DNA of 64,000 nucleotides from a virus (Duplodnaviria; Heunggongvirae; Uroviricota; Caudoviricetes): IMG/VR virus record IMGVR_UViG_3300042154_004306; one strand, 5' to 3'. Shown piece by piece: positions 63,284 to 64,000 of this stretch (position 1 is its first letter; each line of letters starts with the position of its first letter). The notes under the pieces were generated by a model. It saw only the letters and a program-made list of their open reading frames with translations, ran no database searches and was not told where the DNA came from. The position numbers and the translations under genes were made by a program.

Positions 63284-63688
63284 ATGAGTAGCGGAAGACG
63301 CAGAGAAGTCAATCATGATATTGACTCTATGATGAATGATATTTTAGATGCCCTTGACGTGATCAGGGACAAGATGCCAAACGGCGAGATCAAGTCAATA
63401 CAAGATAAGATCGAGAATATTGAGTCCGCTCAAGAGGACATGCATGAAGATCTAAGACTCATCAAAAAGCAGCTATTAGATCCAGAAGACGGAATCGTTG
63501 TTCGAGTCAATAAGAACACCGAATTTCGTAAAAAAAAGGAAGACTCTGAGAAATCTTTTCAGGGTATCATTGACGAACATAAGGAACTAATGTCATGGAA
63601 GAGCACGGTTACCAAAATTCTGTGGATTCTGTTCACCGCAGTTGCCGGCATATTGGTTAGCATATTCTTTAAATCTGTGGAAAACTAA
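63284..63688 (+). CDS. hypothetical protein with C-terminal TM helix
   Basis: 134 aa. Confidence 0.45.
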   Translation: MSSGRRREVNHDIDSMMNDILDALDVIRDKMPNGEIKSIQDKIENIESAQEDMHEDLRLIKKQLLDPEDGIVVRVNKNTEFRKKKEDSEKSFQGIIDEHKELMSWKSTVTKILWILFTAVAGILVSIFFKSVEN

Positions 63689-63711
63689 TTTTTACAATCA
63701 TTATTTTTAAC

Positions 63712-63745
63712 TAAGTCCCCAATCGGGGACTTTTTTATTTTTATT
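63712..63745 (+). terminator. rho-independent terminator
   Basis: aagtcccc-aatc-ggggactt followed by ttttatttttatt. Confidence 0.65.
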
Positions 63746-63773
63746 GAGTATAATAATCTAAAATAGTAATATC

Positions 63774-64000
63774 ATGTCAGACATAAGAGTCACAGTCGAT
63801 GTCACCGAGTTGGTTGACGATCTGAACCTAAACGAAAAGCGAAAACTCGTTGAGTATCTAAAGGAGGATATGAAAGAGGCTTTTGATACTTCAATTCCAG
63901 ATGGCGAATATCCGCCAAGCAATATTGAAGGCTCGACCTATGTCGATATTGATGATATTCTTTGGGAAGCAAGCTCATGGGATAAGCAGAGAATATATGA
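63774..64000 (+). CDS. hypothetical protein, 5' partial in window (runs off the end)
   Basis: ATG at 63774; open to the window end (MSDIRVTVDVTELVDDLN...). Confidence 0.4.
   Translation, partial: MSDIRVTVDVTELVDDLNLNEKRKLVEYLKEDMKEAFDTSIPDGEYPPSNIEGSTYVDIDDILWEASSWDKQRIY

Overview
The window looks like a T4-like dsDNA phage genome fragment (an AT-rich caudovirus). GEVED-like and DUF1566 domains hint at a Bacteroidetes host. Nearly all genes are on the + strand. The single minus-strand gene is a GH19 endolysin. Recognisable content: a gp39-like topoisomerase II large subunit; a gp52/GyrA-like medium subunit broken by a naturally split intein with a free-standing endonuclease gene between the halves; a cluster of about 7 tRNA genes plus a separate tRNA-Ser; a tRNA-repair gene set (Pnk-like kinase, two RNA ligases, a CCA-adding-type nucleotidyltransferase, metallophosphoesterases); ClpP; thioredoxin; PRPP synthetase; a hotdog thioesterase; GDP-fucose synthesis genes (gmd, fcl) with a GT2 glycosyltransferase; a SulP-family permease; an SPFH protein; a MoxR AAA+ / HExxH / vWA triad; a DinG-like helicase; LamG, PA14 and GEVED-like putative structural or adhesin proteins. 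Two features stand out as possibly new. (1) About 14 proteins across the window share a roughly 10-residue N-terminal leader (MKYIKLFEEF / MKLLKFTEFVNE) that closely resembles the T4 capsid-targeting sequence and ends in a gp21-type (I/L/V)-x-E cleavage motif; this suggests a large set of capsid-packaged, injected proteins, including a MoxR ATPase. (2) A 7 kb block (40.7-48 kb) holds about 20 tiny ORFs, each followed by a member of a structured inverted-repeat family (conserved ends ATAACGG ... CTGTTAT, variable stems with compensatory changes) and closed by a tyrosine recombinase; it is either a cassette array like an integron or a PeSL-type shuffling module. A second AT-rich small-ORF block (57.9-60.9 kb) carries its own conserved 25-nt upstream motif and tandem paralogs.
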